Of a stretch of DNA of 64,000 bases, positions 9,429-19,200 are shown piece by piece; positions within the stretch are counted from its first letter, which is position 1; every line of letters begins with the position of its first letter. The stretch comes from Candidatus Omnitrophota bacterium (GTDB lineage Bacteria; Omnitrophota; Gorgyraeia; Zapsychrales; Zapsychraceae): contig JADFYJ010000001.1 in assembly GCA_015233115.1 (NCBI GenBank), positions 131,084-195,083 on the forward strand, written 5' to 3'. Below the pieces are notes generated by a model that saw only the letters and a list, made by a program, of their open reading frames with translations, ran no database searches and was not told the origin of the DNA. Made by a program: the position numbers and the translations under genes.

Positions 9429-10886
9429 ATGACCCTCATTTGTTTAATCATTTTTCTGTTTTTAATGGTGCTGGTCGGTATTTGGGGAATGAAGAAAACT
9501 GAGACTTTGGGAGATTTTCTTTTGGGCGGGCGGAGTATTGGGCCTTGGTTTTCCGCTTTTGCTTATGCGGCCACTTATTTTTCTGCTGTGCTTTTTATTG
9601 GTTTTGCCGGAAAAATCGGATGGGGGTTTGGGTTAAGAGGATTGTGGATTGCGGCAGGTAATGCTTTAATTGGTTCATTATTAGCTTGGTGGATCTTGGG
9701 ACGCCGGACCCGCCGGATGACGAAAAATTTAGAGGCTATGACTATGCCGGAATTCCTTCAGGAACGTTATGAAGGAAAATATATTAAAATGTTTGGGGCT
9801 GTTATTACTTTTGTTTTTTTAATTCCATATTCTGCTTCAGTATTTAAGGGATTAGGATATCTTTTTCAGGTAAATTTTAATATAAGCTATGATACTGCCC
9901 TTTTGGTAATGATTGGGATCACTGGGTTATATTTAGTCCTAGGTGGTTATTTTGCGGTTATTCTGACCGATTTTTTCCAAGGGATTATTAAAATTTTCGG
10001 TGCGTCATTAATGGTGTGGGTGATTGTTAGTAAGAGCGGTGGTTTATCGCATACGATTAACGCGATTTCTTTAGCATACAACCAGCACATTCCCGTTGCC
10101 AAACAGCCAGGAACTTTTTTATTGGCATGCTTGGTATTTATGACTTCTTTTGGGGCATGGGGTATGCCGCAGATGGTGCAGAAATTTTACAGCATAAAAG
10201 ATGAGACTATGATCAAAACGGCAGCGATTATAACATTTTTATTTGCGGCGATTGTTAGTTTTGCCGCGTATTTTGTCGGCGCATCAGCGCATCTATTTTA
10301 TGATAAACTTCCATTATTAGCGAATGGCAAACCAGCCTTTGACCGGATTATACCCGATCTATTAATTCATCAATTGCCGGAATCATTAATGGCGATCATT
10401 CTTTTGCTGATTTTGTCAGCATCGATGTCAACCTTATCGTCTTTGATTTTGGTTTCCGCCTCAGCGATCACGGTTGATCTTCATAAGGGCTATATTGATC
10501 CTCATCAGCCGAAAGAAAAATCGCTGGGTATGATGCGTTTATTTAGTGGATTGTTCATTATTTTATCTTATGTATTAGCGCGGTATCAATTCGCATTTAT
10601 TGTCACTTTAATGGCTTTGTCATGGGGGGCTGTAGCCGGTTCATTTTTAGCGCCTTATGTGTATGGTTTATTTTGGAAACGAGCCACACGCGCCGGAGTT
10701 TGGCTGGGTATGATTACCGGGTTAGTTACCAGTGTTTCGTTATTTTTCTTATGGGGTCAAGATAAATCACCGATCGCGTCTTCAATCGGCATGATCGTTC
10801 CGTTTTTTATTATTCCGTTAGTTAGTATGTTCACCAAGCCGCCTTCGCAGGCAACTTTGGATAAGGCATTTAATTTTAAAATGTAA
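9429..10886 (+). CDS. sodium:solute symporter (SSS) family transporter
   Basis: about 13 TM segments; DFLLGGRSIGPW, TMPEFLQERY, SASMSTLSS. Confidence 0.92.
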   Translation: MTLICLIIFLFLMVLVGIWGMKKTETLGDFLLGGRSIGPWFSAFAYAATYFSAVLFIGFAGKIGWGFGLRGLWIAAGNALIGSLLAWWILGRRTRRMTKNLEAMTMPEFLQERYEGKYIKMFGAVITFVFLIPYSASVFKGLGYLFQVNFNISYDTALLVMIGITGLYLVLGGYFAVILTDFFQGIIKIFGASLMVWVIVSKSGGLSHTINAISLAYNQHIPVAKQPGTFLLACLVFMTSFGAWGMPQMVQKFYSIKDETMIKTAAIITFLFAAIVSFAAYFVGASAHLFYDKLPLLANGKPAFDRIIPDLLIHQLPESLMAIILLLILSASMSTLSSLILVSASAITVDLHKGYIDPHQPKEKSLGMMRLFSGLFIILSYVLARYQFAFIVTLMALSWGAVAGSFLAPYVYGLFWKRATRAGVWLGMITGLVTSVSLFFLWGQDKSPIASSIGMIVPFFIIPLVSMFTKPPSQATLDKAFNFKM

Positions 10887-10899
10887 TGAAAGTTTTTAA

Positions 10900-13620
10900 A
10901 TGAAAACACCATTTTACAAATATATTGATGATGGGATAACGCTTAAATCTGAAAAAGCTTCGGCTTACCGGAATATTTATTTTCCATTGTGCGGACCTGA
11001 GGCTTCAGGATTAAAATCCTCAATCACTCCGTATTTAAGCGGCGATATCAAAATCGATAAATTTAGTTATTTAACTAAACCCATGTCGCGGGAAGATCTG
11101 CGCCAGCCGGTGCGAGATTTCTTTTTGCTGGTCGATGGAAAAAATGTGGTTTCATTAAGCCAGGAAGTTGAAGAAGGTTTGGCGGATGTTGAGATGGGAT
11201 TATTGTGGCATAAATTAAGTAAACGGTATTTTCACGGCGCGTTGGAGATGGAAGCATTAAATTTTATTCCTGCGACCGGTGAAAATGTTGAGCTTATGGC
11301 TGTTAAAGTCAGCAACCGGGCTGATAAACCGATTTCATTTATTCCCACGTCATCCTGTCCGATTTTTGGCCGGTCATTGGCGAACAAACATGACCACGAA
11401 CATGTAACAGTTTTACTCCAACGCGTCGAACAAACAGCTCAAGGCGTAATTGTTACTCCAACCATGCGTTTTAATGAAGAAGGCCATAAGCCAAATGATG
11501 ATTCTTATTTTGTTTTAGGTTTTGCGAGTACTGGCGCATCTCCTGACGGCTCATTCCCGACAGTGGAAAGCTTTGTGGGTGATGCCGGAACTTGGGAAAA
11601 GCCGCAAGCCATTTATAAAAATTTGCCGGTTAAAAAAATTACTGACGTGGAAATGCAAGGCAAAGAAGCGGCGGGGGCATTGCGTTTTACCCCGGTCACG
11701 CTTGAGCCGCGTTCCTCGATAACTTATTATTTAATTCTTGGAATGGCAGAAAACAAAACCGACGTCCAGACCATATATGCAAAATTTGATTCTGTCGAGA
11801 AGTTTGAAAACGCGCTGCACGCGAATAAAGATTTTTGGAAAGCTAAAGCCAGTTCAGTGACTTTTAAAACTGGAGATGCTTCATTTAACGCCTGGATGCA
11901 TTGGGTCACTATTCAGCCGGTTTTACGACGAATTTTTGGCTGTTCATTTTTGCCTGATCATGACTATGGCAAAGGCGGTAAAGGGTGGCGGGATCTATGG
12001 CAGGATCTGTTGTCGTTAATTCTCATTGAACCGGAACAAGTGCGCGAAAATTTGATCAATAATTTTGGCGGCGTCAGGATTGATGGCACAAACGCGACGA
12101 TCATTGGCAACAAGCCTGGCGAATTTATTGCAGACCGTAATGCCATTACCCGCGTGTGGATGGACCATGGCGTATGGCCATATCTTACAACCGCGCTTTA
12201 CATTGACCAAACTGGTGATTTTGATATTTTACTGCACAACACAACCTATTTTCGCGACCCACAGCTGTCACGTACTTTTGAAAAAGATGAACGCTGGACT
12301 CCGCAATACGGAAATTTTCTAAAGGATAAAAAAGGACAAATATATAAAGGCAGTATTCTGGAACATATTTTGGCGCAACATTTGGTGCAATTCTTTAACG
12401 TTGGTGAGCATAATATTACTCGTTTGGAAAGCGCTGACTGGAATGATGGTTTGGACATGGCGTTTAAACGCGGAGAGAGCGTCACGTTCATGAGCTTGTA
12501 TGCTGGCAATTTGAATGACATTTCTGGGTTGCTTGAAAAAATGGCAGCAGCTCAGAAAATTGATTCCATTGAGATCGCGGAAGAATTTATGATTCTTTTG
12601 GATACATTAGGTAATAAACACGTTGATTACAACATCCCTGCGCAAAAGCAGGATCTTCTTTTTAAAACGTATTTTAAAGCAGTTCAGCCGGAAGTGAGCG
12701 GAAGGAAAACTAAGGTTAGCATTGTAGATCTCGTCAAGGATCTCAGATCTAAAGCAGAATGGGCGTTTAATTTTATCCGTACTAATGAAAAGGTGACAGT
12801 TGAAATTGAAGGAGCAGATTACTCCTGGTTTAACGGTTATTATGATAATAAAGCTGAACGCGTAGAAGGTAAAAAAGCAGACTGTATCCGTATGACTCTA
12901 ACTGGACAGGTTTTTCCTTTGATGAGCGGAATGGCAGCTGATGATGATATTTCAGGAGTTATTCGGAGCGTTCAAAGATTTTTAAAAGATAAAAAACTAG
13001 GTGGATACAGATTAAATACAGATTTTGGTGTCTTGCATTACCTGGAATTGGGACGAGCTTTTGGTTTCGCGTATGGAACAAAAGAAAATGGCGCTTTTTT
13101 CAGCCACATGATTGTGATGTACGCGTTCGCGCTTTACAAACGCGGTTATGTTCACGCGGGATATGAAGTTTTAAAATCAATTTATGATATGTGCATGGAT
13201 ACGGATAAGAGCCGTATTTATCCCGGAATTCCGGAATATTTTGACGGTGAAGGGCGTGGTATGTACCACTATTTGACTGGTTCAGCTAGTTGGCTTGTAT
13301 ACGCGGAATTGGCGCAGGTGTTTGGCGTACGGGGCGATACGGGTGATTTGATTTTAGAACCAAAATTGGTTAAAGAACAATTTGCCGGACAAACTCAGAT
13401 TAGCGTGATATCCAAATTCGCGGGGAAAAATATTGAAGTATGTTACTGCAATGATAAGGGACTCGATTTTGGGGATTATAAAATTGCCAAAATTATGGTG
13501 GGTGATAAATTGGTGAATTTCGAAAAACCGTCGTCTAAAAAAGCGTATATACCCCGTGAAGTTGTTCAATCCTGGCCAGATGGGGCAAGAGTGATTGTGA
13601 CGTTTGAGAAAGCAATATAA
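10900..13620 (+). CDS. GH94 glycoside phosphorylase, laminaribiose-phosphorylase-like
   Basis: DYGKGGKGWRDLWQD, ADWNDGLD (catalytic Asp), KENGAFFSHM, YLTGSASW; about 900 aa. Confidence 0.85.
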   Translation: MKTPFYKYIDDGITLKSEKASAYRNIYFPLCGPEASGLKSSITPYLSGDIKIDKFSYLTKPMSREDLRQPVRDFFLLVDGKNVVSLSQEVEEGLADVEMGLLWHKLSKRYFHGALEMEALNFIPATGENVELMAVKVSNRADKPISFIPTSSCPIFGRSLANKHDHEHVTVLLQRVEQTAQGVIVTPTMRFNEEGHKPNDDSYFVLGFASTGASPDGSFPTVESFVGDAGTWEKPQAIYKNLPVKKITDVEMQGKEAAGALRFTPVTLEPRSSITYYLILGMAENKTDVQTIYAKFDSVEKFENALHANKDFWKAKASSVTFKTGDASFNAWMHWVTIQPVLRRIFGCSFLPDHDYGKGGKGWRDLWQDLLSLILIEPEQVRENLINNFGGVRIDGTNATIIGNKPGEFIADRNAITRVWMDHGVWPYLTTALYIDQTGDFDILLHNTTYFRDPQLSRTFEKDERWTPQYGNFLKDKKGQIYKGSILEHILAQHLVQFFNVGEHNITRLESADWNDGLDMAFKRGESVTFMSLYAGNLNDISGLLEKMAAAQKIDSIEIAEEFMILLDTLGNKHVDYNIPAQKQDLLFKTYFKAVQPEVSGRKTKVSIVDLVKDLRSKAEWAFNFIRTNEKVTVEIEGADYSWFNGYYDNKAERVEGKKADCIRMTLTGQVFPLMSGMAADDDISGVIRSVQRFLKDKKLGGYRLNTDFGVLHYLELGRAFGFAYGTKENGAFFSHMIVMYAFALYKRGYVHAGYEVLKSIYDMCMDTDKSRIYPGIPEYFDGEGRGMYHYLTGSASWLVYAELAQVFGVRGDTGDLILEPKLVKEQFAGQTQISVISKFAGKNIEVCYCNDKGLDFGDYKIAKIMVGDKLVNFEKPSSKKAYIPREVVQSWPDGARVIVTFEKAI

Positions 13621-13653
13621 ATGATAGGTTGATGGTTTATAGTTTTTGGTTTT

Positions 13654-14763
13654 TTATATTAATTTTTCCACGATTTCCGCAATAGCCAATGATGCTGTCA
13701 CTCCCGGTGACTCAATGCCGATGAGATTGATGAAATTTGGAAAGCCTTTTTTAGATTCTTCCTCAATGACAAAATCTTTAAATAATTCATGTTCCTGCTG
13801 AATCTTGGGGCGGATGCCGACTGTGTCGGGTATGAGATCGTCAAATTCCAGTTTTGGGCAATATCGTTTGAAGGATTTGTAAAAGGTTTCTTTGGCTGCT
13901 TCATTCAGAGTGTAATCAACGGCGTCGACGTATTCAGCATCCGGCCCCAGCCGTAAACCACCGCCTAAATCAGGCGTCACGTGTATCCCCAAATCTGTAT
14001 GGCTGGGAGGAGGATAGATTAAATGCGAGATCCTGAATTTTTTTGGATTAGCAATGCGGAAATATTGTCCTTTGCTGTAATAAATTTTGTATCCGTGTTT
14101 TTCGGGTTCGATTCCGACCATGCCGGCAATCTTATCTGAATCAAAGCCTGCCGCATTAATAACAATCCGGGTTTCAAATTCAAAAGTTTCGCCTGACGAT
14201 TCTTTCACTGTAATTAAATAGCCGGACATGGTTTTTTTTATGCCTGTCACTTGCGTATTAAAAATAATTTCCGCGCCTTTATCTTTGGCTGAATCCAAAA
14301 AGAATTTCATGAGCGAATGGGTATCAATGATGCCGGTATTGGGTGAAAAAAAGGCTTTTTCAGCGTCGATATCCGGCTCCATGGCCAATATCTCTGCTTT
14401 GGTCAAATAGCGTAGATGTTCGACTCCGGATTTGATTCCATTAGCATAAGTTTTTTCGATTTTTTGAATTTCTTCTTCACTTTTGGCAACCAGCATTTTT
14501 CCAACTTTTTTATGCGGAATATGATGTTCTTGGCAAACTTTATAAAGCAGATCTTTACCGCGGATACATAAATTTGCTTTATGACTGTTGGGCTGATAAT
14601 AAAGCCCCGCGTGAATGACTTCCGAATTGCGGGAGCTGGTTTCTTGCCCGAAAAATGGATTTTTTTCGACAATAAGGATATCTTTATGCCTACGGCTTAG
14701 CTGATAAGCCACAGCCAATCCAATAATTCCTGCGCCGATAATTGTAATGTTTGTTTTTTCCAT
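13654..14763 (-). CDS. FAD-dependent oxidoreductase, L-2-hydroxyglutarate oxidase (LhgO)-like
   Basis: IIGAGIIG, ETSSRNSEVIHAGLYY, LGIHVTPDLGG, GIESPGVTASLAIA; likely start ATG 14763. Confidence 0.88.
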   Translation of the reverse strand: MEKTNITIIGAGIIGLAVAYQLSRRHKDILIVEKNPFFGQETSSRNSEVIHAGLYYQPNSHKANLCIRGKDLLYKVCQEHHIPHKKVGKMLVAKSEEEIQKIEKTYANGIKSGVEHLRYLTKAEILAMEPDIDAEKAFFSPNTGIIDTHSLMKFFLDSAKDKGAEIIFNTQVTGIKKTMSGYLITVKESSGETFEFETRIVINAAGFDSDKIAGMVGIEPEKHGYKIYYSKGQYFRIANPKKFRISHLIYPPPSHTDLGIHVTPDLGGGLRLGPDAEYVDAVDYTLNEAAKETFYKSFKRYCPKLEFDDLIPDTVGIRPKIQQEHELFKDFVIEEESKKGFPNFINLIGIESPGVTASLAIAEIVEKLI

Positions 14764-14873
14764 ATTTTGACTTACGATTGTTATATGCTTATAATACAAA
14801 ATATTATGGAAGAATAAAGAAAAGGTTTGAAAATATTTAATTAATCAAAAATATTAATTTCCAAAGGAATAAC

Positions 14874-15620
14874 ATGAAAATTTCAATAAGCCGGGGAGTT
14901 AAACAGGCCGCAGTTTTTATTGGATTAGCGATCTTTTTTTATATCATCAATTTTATGATTTTCCATGACAGCCGGGATATATTCTTTTATCTGACCAATG
15001 ATATTGCATTTCTGTTCCTGCAAGTTTGGCTGGTCACCATTGTTATTCAAAGTATTTTGACGGAACGCGACAAAAAAGACAAAATGCGCAAACTGAATAT
15101 GGTGATCGGAACATTTTTCAGCGAAGTCGGGAGGGAGCTATTAAAAACCTTAGCAACCGCTGATGCCACATCCGAAACTATCGCGAAACATTTAAGTATC
15201 CCGGATAACTGGTCAGATACTAAGATCCGTGATTTACTTAGAACTGTTGATAACTACAATGCTTCCGTTGATAGCCGCTTGTGCAAATTAGATTGTCTAA
15301 AAACTTTTTTATTAGAAAAGCGATCTTTTGTTTTGACTCTTTTAAGTAATGGTAATTTGCTAGAACATGAAATATTTACCAATATTTTGTGGGCTGTTTT
15401 GCACATGGAAGAAGAATTAAATTTTCGCCCGTCTTTGACAAATCTATCCTCGGAAGATTTCGCGCATTTATCCGGAGACATTAACCGCGTATACGCGCAT
15501 TTGATCAAAGAATGGGCCAGATATATGTACCATTTACGTAAAAGTTATCCCTATTTATTTTCTTTAGAAATCCGCACCAATCCTTTCAATAAAAACGCGA
15601 ATATTTATGTGACAACGTAA
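14874..15620 (+). CDS. conserved hypothetical membrane protein (2 N-terminal TMs)
   Basis: hydrophobic N-terminus; KLNMVIGTFFSEVG, NLLEHE and YPYLFSL..RTNPF motifs seen in proteins of anaerobes. Confidence 0.7.
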   Translation: MKISISRGVKQAAVFIGLAIFFYIINFMIFHDSRDIFFYLTNDIAFLFLQVWLVTIVIQSILTERDKKDKMRKLNMVIGTFFSEVGRELLKTLATADATSETIAKHLSIPDNWSDTKIRDLLRTVDNYNASVDSRLCKLDCLKTFLLEKRSFVLTLLSNGNLLEHEIFTNILWAVLHMEEELNFRPSLTNLSSEDFAHLSGDINRVYAHLIKEWARYMYHLRKSYPYLFSLEIRTNPFNKNANIYVTT

Positions 15621-15628
15621 GCGTTTAC

Positions 15629-15657
15629 TTGTCATCTCGTATTTCATGTGTTATCTT
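15629..15657 (+). promoter_or_regulatory. sigma70-like promoter upstream of the riboswitch
   Basis: TTGTCA, 17 bp, TATCTT, with an extended -10 TG. Confidence 0.55.
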
Positions 15658-15669
15658 TGAAGTAGAAAA

Positions 15670-15805
15670 TTGGAAAGGCAAACTGCCTGAAAAGGCAGGA
15701 CCCTTGAACCACGTTGGGTTCAGGGTCATGGACCCGGCGTGGTTCATGAGCAAAGCCGTGAAGCTAAAATAGTGTGATAAACTATCAGGCTTGTCTGGCT
15801 GCCCT
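15670..15805 (+). ncRNA. c-di-GMP-I (GEMM) riboswitch-like aptamer with a 48-nt palindromic insertion
   Basis: GGCAAA-CTGCCT-GAAA-AGGCAG-GAC [insert 15702-15749] GCAAAGCC...GCTAA...GGCTGCC. Confidence 0.7.
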
Positions 15806-15879
15806 AGGTTCATGTTAGTGAGCATAGGTTAAACTACGGCTGCGCTCTATGCCTTTCATGTTTTCTAAAGGGAGAGCAT

Positions 15880-17400
15880 ATGAAAAACGCAATGCCGTAT
15901 TTGTTGGCTATCGTTTCACTTAGTCTGATTGTTTGCGATGTAAGCCTGGCGCAATTACCTGCTTTATCAAAGTCTCAACAAAAACTTCTAAATTTAATCC
16001 GTTCAAATACCAGCTCAAAAACCAAACTTCCTTTTAGCTTTTACATTCAAAAAGATGATAAACCGCAAGTTTACGCTCAAATGGGAACCATAGATTCCGT
16101 GCAGGGAATAATTGAACGGATGATTGTTGAAGAAGGACTGGTTATTTATGACGGTGCTGTCGCGCAAATTGTTCTAGCTCTATCCGGAGATAATATCGAT
16201 TTGGCTCGCGCTGAAATACCGGTGCAAATTTATTGGAAAGGCCAAGTCGGTGAATTACAATCAATTCGCGCGGGAAATTCCAATGGGCAGTTTGTCTATG
16301 ACCCTAACAACACGTCTGTTGTTTCTTCTGATCCGGCCATGCTTGGCCGGCGTGGATTTATTTACCGTATCATCAATGCTAATGGTAAATACTCAACTGT
16401 GGATCCATTGGATGGTAAGTCACAGCAAGCTAATTTTCCAACTTGGCCGACTATTCACTGGGAAGATTGGAAACCTATTGCTGGAGAAAATGCCTGGGTA
16501 ACCATGGCCGCTCTGCACATTTATCATCAGAAATATTATGATGAGTATCGGGAAGAATATTTTCAAAATTTTGACGCGATTGAACTTCAATTAGCTCAAG
16601 AAATATCAAGAGCCGCGCTTATGCTACAGGCTGATAATGGCGGCATCCGTATGGCACCCATTGGCACATTCCGCGAAGGCGATACAAGTGATCCGGGAAA
16701 ATGGTGGTATAATCAAATATCAACGGAAAATAATTTATCCTGGTATGGCGCGTTTAGAATGTTATTTGAAATAACCGGTCAAAAAGAATATCAAGTGGCG
16801 ATGGACCATTTGGAAAATTATTTCACAAAAGTATGGAATCCCAATGAACGATATTTTTATCAAGGAATGAATTTTACCGAAAATTTATGGAAAACAAATA
16901 ATGATCAGTTTGCGTTAGATGTGCAAACCTGGGGAATATTGGCATTAGGCCCGGAAAAAATTGACCGCATGTTTGGCATTGGTTCAGCTTATCATATGTG
17001 GATAAACGGGAAAAATCATTCTGGCGTTTTCGATCAAGATCACCATTTGGTTGGAGTAGGATTTACAGATGAACATGATCGGATTTCTGTGGAATGGACC
17101 TCTGGTGCCATAATGGCAGTCCGAGAACTGTCGATATACTATAAGGATACTTATCCTTCCTGGGCGAATGAATGCCTAGAAGATGCGACTTCAATGCGGC
17201 AAGGAATTGAATTGCTGAAAACGGATTTGAGTAAAGAACAGGCTGGTTATTCTTATTCTTCAAAACGGGGGTGGATACCTTTTGGTTGGAATTCGCATGA
17301 CCCGAAAGTTTTAAGTTTAGCATCTACAGGCTGGGTTGTTTTGGTGGACAGCCAGTTTAACCCTTTCTTTTTGCCTCATAAACAATTTATTAACAAATAA
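15880..17400 (+). CDS. secreted protein with a putative (alpha/alpha)6 glycosidase-like domain
   Basis: signal peptide; Trp-rich motifs GENAW, STENN, LDVQTW, SVEWT; GGGAG RBS. Confidence 0.55.
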   Translation: MKNAMPYLLAIVSLSLIVCDVSLAQLPALSKSQQKLLNLIRSNTSSKTKLPFSFYIQKDDKPQVYAQMGTIDSVQGIIERMIVEEGLVIYDGAVAQIVLALSGDNIDLARAEIPVQIYWKGQVGELQSIRAGNSNGQFVYDPNNTSVVSSDPAMLGRRGFIYRIINANGKYSTVDPLDGKSQQANFPTWPTIHWEDWKPIAGENAWVTMAALHIYHQKYYDEYREEYFQNFDAIELQLAQEISRAALMLQADNGGIRMAPIGTFREGDTSDPGKWWYNQISTENNLSWYGAFRMLFEITGQKEYQVAMDHLENYFTKVWNPNERYFYQGMNFTENLWKTNNDQFALDVQTWGILALGPEKIDRMFGIGSAYHMWINGKNHSGVFDQDHHLVGVGFTDEHDRISVEWTSGAIMAVRELSIYYKDTYPSWANECLEDATSMRQGIELLKTDLSKEQAGYSYSSKRGWIPFGWNSHDPKVLSLASTGWVVLVDSQFNPFFLPHKQFINK

Positions 17401-17478
17401 AATATATCTTTTGTGTGTAATTTCAGATTTTGTTACAATAAATAAACTTTTGCATAAAAACATTCAAATATTAATGTT

Positions 17479-19131
17479 ATGAAAATTGCTAATAAAATAC
17501 GCTTTATTATATTCTTTTTAGTGGCGGTATTGGTCGTCAATACTATTTTTGGACTGCAACGTGTTTCCAAAATTGGTAAAGAACTCCAGGATATTGTTAA
17601 CAAAGATATTGTGTTAACGGGAATCAGCACTTCCATTACGCAGTATCAATTGAAAAAAGCTATTCTTTTTGAACGGATTTTAAGCATTGTGGAAGAGATG
17701 GGATTTCAGAATCTTCCGCCGTCCCGTAACCAGCATTTGAAAGATGAGATTATCCGCACAGAACGTGGTTTTAACATGCTGGCTCAAAAAGGCGCAGTTG
17801 ATATTTTAAAGGGAAAAGATATTATCGCTAAAGGGGCCAGAAATGCTGAATTTACCGCGACAAAGCAGGAATTTAACAACGCGGCAGAAATTTTAAGCAA
17901 AATTGAAAAAGCGCATATTGAATATGATCAAATCATCAACCGGATTTTTGAATTAATTAACACGGATAAATATGAATCCAATATAGAAGATTTATATAGC
18001 ATAGAGCATAAAGAAAAATATCTTTCCGCCCAGCTGCAAACCTTGGTTGAGCAAATGCAGCGCTACACGCGCCAGTCTGTTGATCGCGCCAAAAAAGAAG
18101 AAACATCCGCCCGTCAATTTTTGATTATGGTCTTGTTGATTAGTATGGGCTTAGGGCTTTTGATCGCGTTATCAATAATTCGGAGTTTTTCTCGGCCATT
18201 ACGAAATTTAGTACACGCGACTCATCAGGTCAGTGCAGGAGATTTTGTAGTGAATTTAAATACGTCCTCTAAAGATGAAATTGGCGAAGTCAGCTCGGCT
18301 TTTAATCAAATGTCAAAAAGTATACAGGATTTTAAAACTAAATTAGAGGAGCGCAATCAGGAATTGGGAACGAATTTAAAAATTACGGAGCAACAGAAGC
18401 ATGATTTAGAAAGAGTAAATCAGGAATTAGACCGGTTCGTGTATACAGTCAGTCATGATATTGGAGCTCCATTGATGGGCATAATTGGATATGGTGATTT
18501 TTTAGCAAAAAATTATTCTGAAAAGTTAGATGAGCGTGGACAATTGTGCGTGGAAAAAATGCGTAAATCAGCCTTTCGTCTCAATGCTATGATTAAAGAT
18601 CTGTTGACGTTAACCCGGATTTCCCGGATTAAAAATCCTTACGAATTGGCTAGCATAAAAGAGATGATTGATGAGGTCCTGGAACGATTAGAATATAGCA
18701 TTAAGCGGTTTAACGTAGAAGTTTCTTTGGTTTCAAATTTTCCAATTATTGTGTGTGACCGTATAAAATTAGTGGAGGTGTTCTATAATTTACTGAGTAA
18801 TGCTATCAAATTTTCTTCAAAAAATACCACGTATATTCCGAAGGTTGAAATCGGTTATGTTGAACATACTCATGGGCATGAATTTTTTGTGAGGGATAAT
18901 GGGATTGGAATTTCTCCTGAAGATCACGATGAAATTTTTGTGGTTTTTAAACGGCTTCATTCTGTGCAGGAATATGAAGGAACTGGGGCCGGCTTGGGTA
19001 TTGTCGCGAATGTTATTAAAGATCATGGAGGTAAAATTTGGGTAGAATCCAAATTAGGAGAAGGCGCGACATTCCGCTTCATTATTCCTAAAAATTTGAA
19101 AATTTCTGCTGATCTTGAAGGCTCAAAATAA
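17479..19131 (+). CDS. membrane sensor histidine kinase (periplasmic helical sensor, HAMP, HisKA, HATPase)
   Basis: 2 TMs; DEIGEVSSAFNQM HAMP; VSHDI H-box; NLLSNAIKF, DNGIGI and GTGAGLGI boxes. Confidence 0.93.
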   Translation: MKIANKIRFIIFFLVAVLVVNTIFGLQRVSKIGKELQDIVNKDIVLTGISTSITQYQLKKAILFERILSIVEEMGFQNLPPSRNQHLKDEIIRTERGFNMLAQKGAVDILKGKDIIAKGARNAEFTATKQEFNNAAEILSKIEKAHIEYDQIINRIFELINTDKYESNIEDLYSIEHKEKYLSAQLQTLVEQMQRYTRQSVDRAKKEETSARQFLIMVLLISMGLGLLIALSIIRSFSRPLRNLVHATHQVSAGDFVVNLNTSSKDEIGEVSSAFNQMSKSIQDFKTKLEERNQELGTNLKITEQQKHDLERVNQELDRFVYTVSHDIGAPLMGIIGYGDFLAKNYSEKLDERGQLCVEKMRKSAFRLNAMIKDLLTLTRISRIKNPYELASIKEMIDEVLERLEYSIKRFNVEVSLVSNFPIIVCDRIKLVEVFYNLLSNAIKFSSKNTTYIPKVEIGYVEHTHGHEFFVRDNGIGISPEDHDEIFVVFKRLHSVQEYEGTGAGLGIVANVIKDHGGKIWVESKLGEGATFRFIIPKNLKISADLEGSK

Positions 19132-19200
19132 TGAGGTTATAGGCGACAGGTAATTTAAAAAATTATTGTTTTTTATTAAAAATTAAATAAGGATTTATTT

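Noticed and set aside
15702-15749. Twin hairpins as a guanidine-II riboswitch
   Set aside because: The loops are not ACGR tetraloops and the downstream gene is unrelated to guanidine; the flanks match c-di-GMP-I
15625-15825. 66-aa minus-strand ORF
   Set aside because: It coincides with the promoter and riboswitch on the + strand and shows no coding features
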